Below, piece after piece: positions 28,947-36,544 of a DNA stretch of 64,000 bases. Location: positions 5,044-69,043 of the forward strand of contig JAUSFL010000035.1 of NCBI GenBank assembly GCA_030649735.1, in the 5' to 3' direction. The notes below the pieces were generated by a model. It worked only from the letters and a program-made list of their open reading frames with translations. It had not been told where the DNA came from and did no database searches. Numbering within the stretch: position 1 is the first letter of the stretch; each line of letters begins with the position of its first letter. The position numbers and the translations under genes are program-made. The stretch comes from Candidatus Iainarchaeum sp. Its GTDB lineage: Archaea; Iainarchaeota; Iainarchaeia; Iainarchaeales; UBA10191.

Positions 28947-29687
28947 ATGGACTTAACTATTGCAAAGCAGGTTTTGGACAATGCTTTCAGGCAAAAGCAA
29001 TTGTGCATGGTTATTGGAAACTGCAAGGCAGAATACTGGGGTAGAGCGGCTTCAAAGCTTTCTGAAGGCGACAGGATGCTTTTGATTAAAGGAGACGGTT
29101 CTTTTGCAATTCACCAGAACAAGCTCTTGCGGCCAGTGAATTATATGATGAGCGCTTCAATGAAGACTTCGCAAGAAAATGGCCAGCTTGTTGTGCTTGC
29201 TGAAAAGCTTAAGCCGAAAGAAAGCCTGAAGGTTTTTTTCAGCAGCATTGACTTTTGCCAGTGCTTTGAAATGCACGACATTCACGACGTGCGATTGTTT
29301 GGAAGCGAAAAGCAATTGCAAGAGCTTTTGGGAGATGACCTTTCATTCATTGAGCCCGGCCTTACGCCACTCAAAAGAGAAGCGCATTTTGAGCAGGGCT
29401 TTGCAGACATTATTGCAGAAGACAGCAAAGGCAGGATTTGCCTGATTGAAGTGAAACGCCGCAAGGCATCGCTTGATGCTGTCTCACAATTGCACCGTTA
29501 CCAGCAAAAAATGAAAAATTTGAAGAACAAGGAAGTGCGTGCCTTGTTGCTTGCGCCTGAAATTACTGAGAACGCAAAGCTTTTGGCGGACAATTATGGG
29601 ATTGAATTCTTCAAACTGGATTTTGAAATCTCCAATCCTTCCGCAAAAATAAAAGGCATTGAAAAAAAGCAAACAACGCTTGTTTGA
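28947..29687 (+). CDS. nucS: Endonuclease NucS (EndoMS)
   Basis: Y.GRA.S.L, K.DGS..IH, P.NY, SEKQL, D...EVKR, QL.RY. Confidence 0.93.
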   Translation: MDLTIAKQVLDNAFRQKQLCMVIGNCKAEYWGRAASKLSEGDRMLLIKGDGSFAIHQNKLLRPVNYMMSASMKTSQENGQLVVLAEKLKPKESLKVFFSSIDFCQCFEMHDIHDVRLFGSEKQLQELLGDDLSFIEPGLTPLKREAHFEQGFADIIAEDSKGRICLIEVKRRKASLDAVSQLHRYQQKMKNLKNKEVRALLLAPEITENAKLLADNYGIEFFKLDFEISNPSAKIKGIEKKQTTLV

Positions 29688-29694
29688 GTCAGAA

Positions 29695-30072
29695 TCAGCT
29701 TGCTGTCAATTGCCTTACTTTTTTCAGAATTTCTTTTGCAGTGAATGGCTTTGCAATGTAATGGCCGTCCAGTTCCTTGCAGTATGCCTTGTCTTTTTCC
29801 TTGCAATGACTTTCCTTGTTTGTGAAAAGCACTGCCTTTATTTTCTCGAGCTTTGGGTCCTTGTGCATTTCGTAAAGAGTTCTCCAGCCAGACATTACTG
29901 GCATTGCGGCATCCAGAATAATCAGTTTCGGCTTCAATCCGTCATGCAATTTTTGCAGGCATTCAAGCCCATTGCTTGCTTCAACAACTTTAAAATCTCC
30001 TTTTTCCAAGGCTGCCTTCACTGCCTGCTTTACTTTGGAATCGTCGTCAACAATCAGGATTGTCTTTTTCAT
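29695..30072 (-). CDS. Single-domain response regulator receiver
   Basis: ILIVDDD, ILD..MP.MSG, T, KPF. Confidence 0.9.
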   Translation of the reverse strand: MKKTILIVDDDSKVKQAVKAALEKGDFKVVEASNGLECLQKLHDGLKPKLIILDAAMPVMSGWRTLYEMHKDPKLEKIKAVLFTNKESHCKEKDKAYCKELDGHYIAKPFTAKEILKKVRQLTAS

Positions 30073-30171
30073 AAAACTCTAAAGAATTAGAATTTTTAAA
30101 GTTTAAAAAGTTGCTGGTTTATTCGCCAGCAAATATTTCAAAAAATGTTCTTTTTTGAAAATCTTCAAATT

Positions 30172-31455
30172 TTAATTCGAAAACTTTTCCAAAAGCTTTT
30201 TTCCAGCGTAAACCGCTTTCTTGCCAAGTTCTTCCTCAATGCGCAAGAGCTGGTTGTATTTTGAGGTTCTTTCAGAACGGCAAGGAGCCCCGCTTTTTAA
30301 CTGCCCGCTGCTTGTTCCAACCGCAAAGTCTGCAATGAAAGCGTCTTCAGAGTCTCCAGACCTATGGCTCACTATCGCGTTGAATCCTGCTTCTTGCGTT
30401 ATTTTGATTGCTTTTAAAGTCTCGCTCACTGTTCCAATCTGGTTTAATTTTATGAGCGTTGCATTGCATGCTGAAAGCTTTATTGCCCTTAAAATTCTTT
30501 CAGGGCTTGTCACAAGCAAGTCGTCGCCGATTATTTGCGTTGTTTTTCCCTTGCCTTTGGTCAAGGCGCAAAACCCTTGCCAGTCGTCTTCAGCCAAGCC
30601 GTCTTCAACGCTGATTAGCTTAAAGCGGTCTATAAAGTCTTCAATAACTTCGACAAATTGGATGTTTGAGTATTCTTTTCCTTCAAAAGAGTATTTTTCG
30701 TTCTTGAAAAAGCTTGAAGCCGCGCAGTCCAGCGCAAGCCGTACTTGTTTTTCATAGCCTGTTTCCTTCAACGCAAGCTGAATGAGCTTTAAAGCATCTT
30801 CAGTACGGGAAATGTTTGGCGTAAAGCCGCCTTCATCACCGACATTGATTGCTGTTTTGCCGAATTTGTCCTTTATGATTTGCTTTAATGTCTGGTAGAC
30901 TTCAACATTCATTTGCAATGCTTCAGTAAAGCTTGCAGCTCCGACTGGAGCAATCATGAATTCTTGGACTGCCAATCCATTGCCTGCGTGCTGTCCGCCA
31001 TTGATTACATTCATTAAAGGGACCGGCAAAAGCAATTCCTTGTTTTCTGAAAGCTTTCCCACATACTCGAATGCCGGAAGCCCTGCATTCAATGCCGCTG
31101 CCTTGCAGGCCGCAATGCTCACGGATAATATTGCGTTTGCTCCCAAGCGCGACTTGTTGGTTGTGTTGTCAAGTTCAATCATTATTTTGTCAATCAATTC
31201 CTGCTTTGAGCAGTCCTGGCCTTTAAGCTTTGGCGCAATTATTTCATTAACGTTATTCACTGCGTCCTTGACGCCTTTTCCCAAGAATGCCTTTCCGCCA
31301 TCCCGCAATTCCATTGCCTCATGGACTCCAGTTGAAGCGCCTGAAGGCACTATTGCAATTCCAGTTCCGGCCTGTGTTTCAACTTCGGCTTCAACTGTCG
31401 GGTTGCCTCTAGAGTCTAAAACCATTCTAGCCTTAACATTCAATATTTTTGCCAT
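30172..31455 (-). CDS. eno: Enolase
   Basis: DSRGNPTVE, VPSGASTG, GDEGGF, K.NQIGT, SHRSG, RSER. Confidence 0.98.
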   Translation of the reverse strand: MAKILNVKARMVLDSRGNPTVEAEVETQAGTGIAIVPSGASTGVHEAMELRDGGKAFLGKGVKDAVNNVNEIIAPKLKGQDCSKQELIDKIMIELDNTTNKSRLGANAILSVSIAACKAAALNAGLPAFEYVGKLSENKELLLPVPLMNVINGGQHAGNGLAVQEFMIAPVGAASFTEALQMNVEVYQTLKQIIKDKFGKTAINVGDEGGFTPNISRTEDALKLIQLALKETGYEKQVRLALDCAASSFFKNEKYSFEGKEYSNIQFVEVIEDFIDRFKLISVEDGLAEDDWQGFCALTKGKGKTTQIIGDDLLVTSPERILRAIKLSACNATLIKLNQIGTVSETLKAIKITQEAGFNAIVSHRSGDSEDAFIADFAVGTSSGQLKSGAPCRSERTSKYNQLLRIEEELGKKAVYAGKKLLEKFSN

Positions 31456-31521
31456 TTTTCACCACTTTTAGTGTAATTATAGAGAAACCAACACTCATTT
31501 AAACTTAAACTTTTCAAGCCC

Positions 31522-32223
31522 TTAAGAGCCCGCAATCCTGCTTAAAGCCCCCAGTTTAGTGCCTTCAAACAGTTTTTCCTTCATTTTGCTGAAAACAAAC
31601 TTTTCAAGCAAGGCATAATCCTGCTTTGGAAACTCGCCTTTAATGAGCTTTTCAATGTCTCCCCAAGTCCGGTCAATGTAAGTCAAATTCTTGATTTCTT
31701 CATCCTTGCACTCTCCAAGGCATGAATGAGAACTCCTTATTAACGCAAAGTCTATTTTTGAAAACCTGAAAGTGTAATAGCCTTCAGTCCACAAGTCATG
31801 GCCTACAAAAACCATTTCTTCAGGCGTGTAGCCAAATTTTTCTTGAATTGCTTGAATTGTCACTTGCTTGAAGTATTCGTCCTTGAATTCCTTGTTTTCA
31901 GTTATTTTTTGCTCATACAATTTCCTGTCAATTTCTTCCCTTCCGGCCAGGTATTCCCTGTTCACGAAAGAAATCCTGTCTTCTGGAAAAAACTCCCGCA
32001 ATTTGTATTGTTCAATTCTTTTCAATGCCTCGTCTGCTGAATATCCAGTGGCTGCAAAAAACCTGAAGCGCGGGAATATTTCCTCGACTTTCTTCAAATT
32101 TTTCAGAATTCCCGAAACATTCTTCATTTTCACGTCCTTGTCAATGTTTCCCGGGATCAGCACGTCTTCAAACCCAAAAATAAGGCATTTTTTTGCCAAA
32201 TCAGAATCTTTCTTAATTTTCAT
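31522..32223 (-). CDS. Hypothetical protein with degenerate HAD-like fold
   Basis: LIFGFEDVL, ATG, K, MVFVGHDLWTE resemble HAD motifs I-IV without the first catalytic Asp. Confidence 0.55.
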   Translation of the reverse strand: MKIKKDSDLAKKCLIFGFEDVLIPGNIDKDVKMKNVSGILKNLKKVEEIFPRFRFFAATGYSADEALKRIEQYKLREFFPEDRISFVNREYLAGREEIDRKLYEQKITENKEFKDEYFKQVTIQAIQEKFGYTPEEMVFVGHDLWTEGYYTFRFSKIDFALIRSSHSCLGECKDEEIKNLTYIDRTWGDIEKLIKGEFPKQDYALLEKFVFSKMKEKLFEGTKLGALSRIAGS

Positions 32224-32250
32224 AATTAACAGTTAAAAATTGTCGTTAAA

Positions 32251-32351
32251 TCAATAAAAACCTTTGTTCGCCAACTGTCCAGCCAGTTGGCATCTGGGAA
32301 TGTGCGCTATCTTGCGATAGCGCGGTAATGCTTAATTCAATAAAAACCTTT
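32251..32351. repeat. Structured element copy 1 (32266-32336) flanked by 15-bp direct repeats TCAATAAAAACCTTT
   Basis: Direct repeats at 32251-32265 and 32337-32351; hairpins GCCAACTG/CAGTTGGC and GCGCTATC/GATAGCGC inside. Confidence 0.8.
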
Positions 32352-32392
32352 CCGCACTCTACTTGTAAATAAGTTCTAGAATGAGATCTTTT

Positions 32393-32466
32393 GGGGCTGT
32401 AGTCTAGCTTGGTTAGGACCTATGCTTTGGGAGCATAAAACCACGGTTCAAATCCGTGCAGCCCCA
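32393..32466 (+). tRNA. tRNA-Pro (UGG)
   Basis: Acceptor GGGGCTG/CAGCCCC, D-loop with GG, anticodon arm TATGC-TTTGGGA-GCATA, T arm CACGG-TTCAAAT-CCGTG; no encoded CCA. Confidence 0.95.
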
Positions 32467-32579
32467 AACCGCCCAGCCGGTTTATGTCTGGGCATGTGCG
32501 CTATCTAAAGACAGCGCGGTAATGCTTTCGATCGCGCGTGCCAAAGTATGTGCGCTATTTTTGATAGTGCGGTAATACT
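32466..32579. repeat. Structured element copies 2 and 3 (ATGTGCGCTAT...GAYAGYGCGGTAATRCT)
   Basis: Copy 2 at 32466-32527 is full length; copy 3 at 32548-32579 has only the second hairpin. Confidence 0.8.
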
Positions 32580-32597
32580 ATTCTAATTTTTTGACTG

Positions 32598-34169
32598 TTA
32601 GTTTTCGGCAAGCTTGCCGAATTTCCAAAAGTCAAATTCTGAAGGAAAGCAGGAATTTTTTCCGGAAAATCCTTCACTGCGCTGTTTTTTCTCCAAAACA
32701 AGGCTTTTCATGATTTCCTCTTTTTCACTGGCGCTTTTTCCATTAAGGTCTTTTCCAAATTCCTTGAAAATAATGCAATTGCTTGCCTGGCCTGTGGGAT
32801 TGACCCTGATTTTCCTGCATTTTTTCGGGTCGCATTCAAAGTCTATCGAGTATTGCGGCAAAATTCCAAAAACCACTTTGTTTTCCATTATTTCAAAATA
32901 CTCGCTTTTTGGGTTGTCGCCCTTGAAAAAAACAGGCCTGATTTGCCCGAATTCTTTCCTGACTGCCTCGACTGCCTTTCTGACTGGCACGTATTCTTTC
33001 TTGACGAATTGCGCGTCTTTTTCAAAACCGCCTGGAATTAGCTCCAAAAACCGTACGGCAATCTTGCAGTTTCTATTGCGTTCAGACAATTCCTTTATGA
33101 AATTAATTATTTTTGGAATTTCCTGCAAGTTTTGCTTTGAGAGCACAAAATGAATTTTGACTGTCTCAAAGAATTCTGCGGCCTTTTCTATTGACTGCAA
33201 AACTTGCGGCAGGAAATCAAAGCCGGTGATTTGCGCAAATTTTTCCCTGTCTAAAGTGTCCAGGCTTATGTTGGCGCGGCTGATTCCGCAGTTTTGCAAT
33301 GCTTCAGCATTTCTAAAAAGCGTTGTCCCGTTTGTTGAAATGCACTGTTCTGAAAACCCGAGCTCTTTTGCTTTTTTTGTGAGCTGTAAAAAACCTTGAT
33401 TTATTGTGGGCTCGCCGCCAGTCCATCTGACTCGCTTGATTCCGGAATTTTTTGCAGCCTGCAGTATTTCAATGATTTCTTCATTGCTTATTTTTGGCAT
33501 TCTTTCCTGGTTGTTTTCCCTCTTGCAGTAGTTGCAGTTCAAATTGCATTCCCTTAAGGAAATTTCAAGCATGAAATCATTGATTTTTCCGATTTCTTCA
33601 ACGACTTTCTTGAATTCTTCATTCTTTGTCCCATCAAGCTCAAAGCCCGCTTTTTGCTTTAATGGCTCAATGTGCAAGTCGTGCATTGGACGCACGTGCT
33701 CTTCAAGCCGTTTGCGCACTTTCTCTTGCGAAATATTCCTTTCAATGCAGTCTCTTTTAATGCGCCTTGCAAATCTTTCAGCCTCGGGCGCGTTGACAAA
33801 AAACTTCAAGTCCATTTCCTTGTTCAATTCATTGTCGTGCAGTGCGAGAATTCCCTCAAAAATTATTATCTCGGCGGAATGGATCTTTTCAAAGCCAGTC
33901 CTTCCGTTCTCGTACTCGTAAATTGGGGCCCTAAAATCCCTGCTGTTTTTCAGGCTGGCAATGCAGTTTTTGATTAATTCCCAGTCAAAGGATTCCGGGC
34001 AGTCAAAATTCTTTTCGCCATTGAATTCTGGAATTTCAGAATGGCTTTTGTAAAACCTGTCCTGGCTTAAAATCAGCGCGTTCTTTCCAAGATTCTCGGC
34101 GGCCTTTCTCGCAATTGTTGTTTTTCCAGAAGCAGAACCCCCGGCAATCCCAACAACCAGCACCATCAA
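32598..34169 (-). CDS. Fusion of uridine kinase (N-terminal) and MoaA-like radical SAM/Twitch domain (C-terminal)
   Basis: GIAGGSASGKTT, QD.FY, NFD.P, EGIL, RR..RD..ER; then CNLNCNYC, TGGEP, STNG, NISLDTL, RFLEL, CDPKKC-x13-C. Confidence 0.9.
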   Translation of the reverse strand: MMVLVVGIAGGSASGKTTIARKAAENLGKNALILSQDRFYKSHSEIPEFNGEKNFDCPESFDWELIKNCIASLKNSRDFRAPIYEYENGRTGFEKIHSAEIIIFEGILALHDNELNKEMDLKFFVNAPEAERFARRIKRDCIERNISQEKVRKRLEEHVRPMHDLHIEPLKQKAGFELDGTKNEEFKKVVEEIGKINDFMLEISLRECNLNCNYCKRENNQERMPKISNEEIIEILQAAKNSGIKRVRWTGGEPTINQGFLQLTKKAKELGFSEQCISTNGTTLFRNAEALQNCGISRANISLDTLDREKFAQITGFDFLPQVLQSIEKAAEFFETVKIHFVLSKQNLQEIPKIINFIKELSERNRNCKIAVRFLELIPGGFEKDAQFVKKEYVPVRKAVEAVRKEFGQIRPVFFKGDNPKSEYFEIMENKVVFGILPQYSIDFECDPKKCRKIRVNPTGQASNCIIFKEFGKDLNGKSASEKEEIMKSLVLEKKQRSEGFSGKNSCFPSEFDFWKFGKLAEN

Positions 34170-34187
34170 ACCACCTTGGCAGTTTTC

Positions 34188-34268
34188 CTATTTTTTCCAG
34201 TTTTTCAGCAGAAAATCCCAAATTTTGTCGTCTGCCGCGTGAACCAAATTATTGAGCAGTTTTTTCAA
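34188..34268 (-). CDS. Small 26-aa peptide MKKLLNNLVHAADDKIWDFLLKNWKK
   Basis: TTG start 5 nt after AAGGTGA SD; stop 18 nt before the fusion gene; not in ORF track. Confidence 0.5.
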   Translation of the reverse strand: MKKLLNNLVHAADDKIWDFLLKNWKK

Positions 34269-34288
34269 GCCGCTCACCTTTGGAATTG

Positions 34289-34343
34289 ATAGTGTTTTAT
34301 TTTTGTTAAGCAATCCTGCAAAAAAACACCCTATAGTGTTTTA
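34289..34343. promoter_or_regulatory. Putative operator: AAAACAC-N6-GTGTTTT inverted repeat plus a second ATAGTGTTTTA copy
   Basis: Inverted repeat 34323-34342; ATAGTGTTTTA at 34289 and 34333; lies between divergent genes. Confidence 0.55.
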
Positions 34344-34367
34344 ATTTCTTGCGTTCACATTGGGATT

Positions 34368-35210
34368 GTGCTTTCAAAGGAATTGCAGGAAAAGATACTC
34401 AAGCTTGTGAAAAAAGAGCCTTGCCTGGTGCAGGACATTTCTCGGCACATTGGAAAAAGCTGGGTTGCGACTGAAGGCTATGTTGAAAGAATCTCGAAAG
34501 ACACTGGCTTGATTAGGACAAAGGCATTCCGCAAGGGAACCAAAGGCGCTGTCAAGGTTGTTTACTGGAATTATTCTGAAAGCGTCCAGGATGACGAGGT
34601 CAAGGAAAGGCTTTTTCAGAGAATAAAGCTGTTTTCAAGCAAGAAAGAATTTGATCCCTTGGAAATCTTCCAGTTTGCCAAGGACAAACGCTCTAATGCG
34701 ACTGTGGAGTTCAAGAGCAAAAGGCTTTCAAGCAAGCACCATAAAAACTTCCTTTCATTCCTGAAAAAGGCGGATTCTGAATTATTGTGCTTTTCAGGAA
34801 ACATTTCCTGGATTAGCATCAAGGAAGGAAACGAAAGCGCCTTAAGAATAATTGAGGAATTCCTGAAAAAGCGCGGAGTCTTGAAAATACTCTGCAGGAT
34901 TGACATTGCCTCAATGAAAAACATCCGCTTGCTCGAGCCCTTGATGAAAAAATTTCCAGGCCAGGTTGAAGTAAGGCATTCAAGCCAGCCAGTGCGCGGC
35001 TTCATAATGGATTCCAAAATTGCGCGCTTCAAGGACGAGAAAAAAATTTCAGACTTCAAGGAAGGCGAATTGTCAGAAGACCTGTACTTGTTTTATGAAT
35101 TGTTTGACATTGACTGGGTCGAGTGGTGCAAGAATGTTTTCTGGTACTTGTTCCGGAATTCAATAGGGCTTCAGGAACGGGTCAAAGTGCTTGACAGGCT
35201 GGTTTTCTAG
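34368..35210 (+). CDS. Putative transcriptional regulator (N-terminal winged HTH, C-terminal TrmB/PLD-like effector domain)
   Basis: LVQDISRHIGKSWVATEGYVERI HTH plus wing; C-terminal alpha/beta domain ending VRGFIMD...W...FW. Confidence 0.6.
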   Translation: MLSKELQEKILKLVKKEPCLVQDISRHIGKSWVATEGYVERISKDTGLIRTKAFRKGTKGAVKVVYWNYSESVQDDEVKERLFQRIKLFSSKKEFDPLEIFQFAKDKRSNATVEFKSKRLSSKHHKNFLSFLKKADSELLCFSGNISWISIKEGNESALRIIEEFLKKRGVLKILCRIDIASMKNIRLLEPLMKKFPGQVEVRHSSQPVRGFIMDSKIARFKDEKKISDFKEGELSEDLYLFYELFDIDWVEWCKNVFWYLFRNSIGLQERVKVLDRLVF

Positions 35211-35296
35211 AATTCTCTGCAATTGTCAAACTTGTACTAATTATTCCCCGCCAGTGAATACTAAAGCTTTTATATGCGCAATCCTAAAATATATTC

Positions 35297-35443
35297 GAGA
35301 GGTGGTTGGACAATAGTGGATGCTAAAAAGGGGCAGTAGAGCAGGCTCACTCTGCTTAGAGAAAAAACTTTCGGACGCCGAGAATTTGGCTGTTCACTTG
35401 AAAGGTTTTATAATGGCTCTCGCCCCTTTTCCACTATATCTCT
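35297..35443 (+). ncRNA. Candidate structured ncRNA (~145 nt)
   Basis: Nested stems AGAGGT/ATCTCT, ATAGTGG/CCACTAT, AAAAGGGGC/GCCCCTTTT, AGAGC/GCTCT; AAAGCTTTTATAT promoter-like site upstream; T-rich tract downstream. Confidence 0.5.
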
Positions 35444-35687
35444 GACTTTCTTCAATTTCTCTTTCTTTTTTCACGATTTTTTGCGGTTTTTTGCAAGAAC
35501 TTTTTAAAAACTTCTGCAGCACAAGTCTTTCAAGGGCTTGCGGAAGCAAATTTAAATATTAGTTTGCAATTAGGTTTATTAGAAAAGTTTTTTGAAGGCT
35601 TCAGGCAAAAATTGGAAAATTGCGCGTTAAAATCTAGTTCTTTAATTTTTCATGAAAAAATCACTGAAAACAAGGGGTAATTGAAAA

Positions 35688-36293
35688 ATGGTTCCGGCAA
35701 AGATTTTTTTTGTAAAAGGCGTGGGAGTCCACAAGGAAAGGCTTGCTTCTTTCGAGGCAGCCTTAAGGGATGCCGGAATTGAAAAATGCAATTTGGTTTA
35801 TGTTTCAAGCATTTTTCCGCCAAACTGCAAAGTAGTCTCTAAAGAGCAGGGCTTGGCTGAATTAAGGCCTGGGCAAATCACTTTTTGCGTAATGGCGCGC
35901 AATGAAGCCAATGAGCCAAACAGGCTGATGGCTGCCGCAATCGGCCTTGCATTGCCTACAGACAACAACCATTACGGCTACTTGTCAGAGCATCATTCTT
36001 TTGGGGAAAAAGCAGTGATTGCGGGCGAGTATGCTGAAGACTTGGCAGCCTCAATGCTTGCAACCACTTTAGGAGTGCCTTTTGACACTAACGAAGCATG
36101 GAGCGAGAGGGAAAAGACCTACAAGTCAAGCGGCCACATTTTCAAGACTTGCAACACCTGCCAGTCTGCAGAAGGCAACAAGGACGGCTTGTGGACTACA
36201 GTCATTGCCGCCGCAGTGTTTATTATTGATGCTGAAAGCATCAAAAAGTACGAGCCTTCACAGCAGAGCCAAGGCCCTGTTTGCCCGCTGTAA
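35688..36293 (+). CDS. pdaD: Pyruvoyl-dependent arginine decarboxylase
   Basis: [23 protein letters not shown] cleavage site, [16 protein letters not shown]. Confidence 0.93.
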   Translation: MVPAKIFFVKGVGVHKERLASFEAALRDAGIEKCNLVYVSSIFPPNCKVVSKEQGLAELRPGQITFCVMARNEANEPNRLMAAAIGLALPTDNNHYGYLSEHHSFGEKAVIAGEYAEDLAASMLATTLGVPFDTNEAWSEREKTYKSSGHIFKTCNTCQSAEGNKDGLWTTVIAAAVFIIDAESIKKYEPSQQSQGPVCPL

Positions 36294-36369
36294 ATAGCTG
36301 GCTTTTTTAATTTTTTTCTACAGAAAGCTTTTTTAACCTCAAATCCTTAATTTTTCAAGTGGTTTTTTT

Positions 36370-36519
36370 ATGGCAGAGAGTAATGGATCTATTGGGTTCT
36401 TCCTGATTGGAATGGCTTTAGGGCTTTACTTGCCCAGCTTTCAAGCGCCAGTCGAATTCCTGAACGTTTACTTGGGATTATTGCTCATAGTGATTGCGGT
36501 AATAATTTTCGTGAAATAA
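36370..36519 (+). CDS. Small two-TM membrane protein (49 aa)
   Basis: MAESNGSIGFFLIGMALGLYLPSFQAPVEFLNVYLGLLLIVIAVIIFVK; TATA-like site and GTGG upstream; not in ORF track. Confidence 0.55.
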   Translation: MAESNGSIGFFLIGMALGLYLPSFQAPVEFLNVYLGLLLIVIAVIIFVK

Positions 36520-36544
36520 TGTTGCTTTTTAGCAATACATTCAT

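Noticed and set aside
32466-32527. tRNA-associated HDV-like (theta) ribozyme
   Set aside because: The position is suggestive, but the nested P1/P2/P3 topology and the catalytic C in J4/2 are not present.
32293-32579. CRISPR array
   Set aside because: Only three degenerate copies, very unequal spacing (one gap holds a tRNA), and no cas genes in the window.
32598-34169. Calling the radical SAM domain NrdG, MoaA or viperin
   Set aside because: It lacks NrdG features and is far from nrdD, lacks the MoaA GG tail and key Arg, and has an auxiliary Cys motif that viperins lack.
35652-35684. 10-codon uORF (MKKSLKTRGN) just before pdaD as a polyamine-sensing leader
   Set aside because: No SD, and such short frames arise by chance; would need conservation data.
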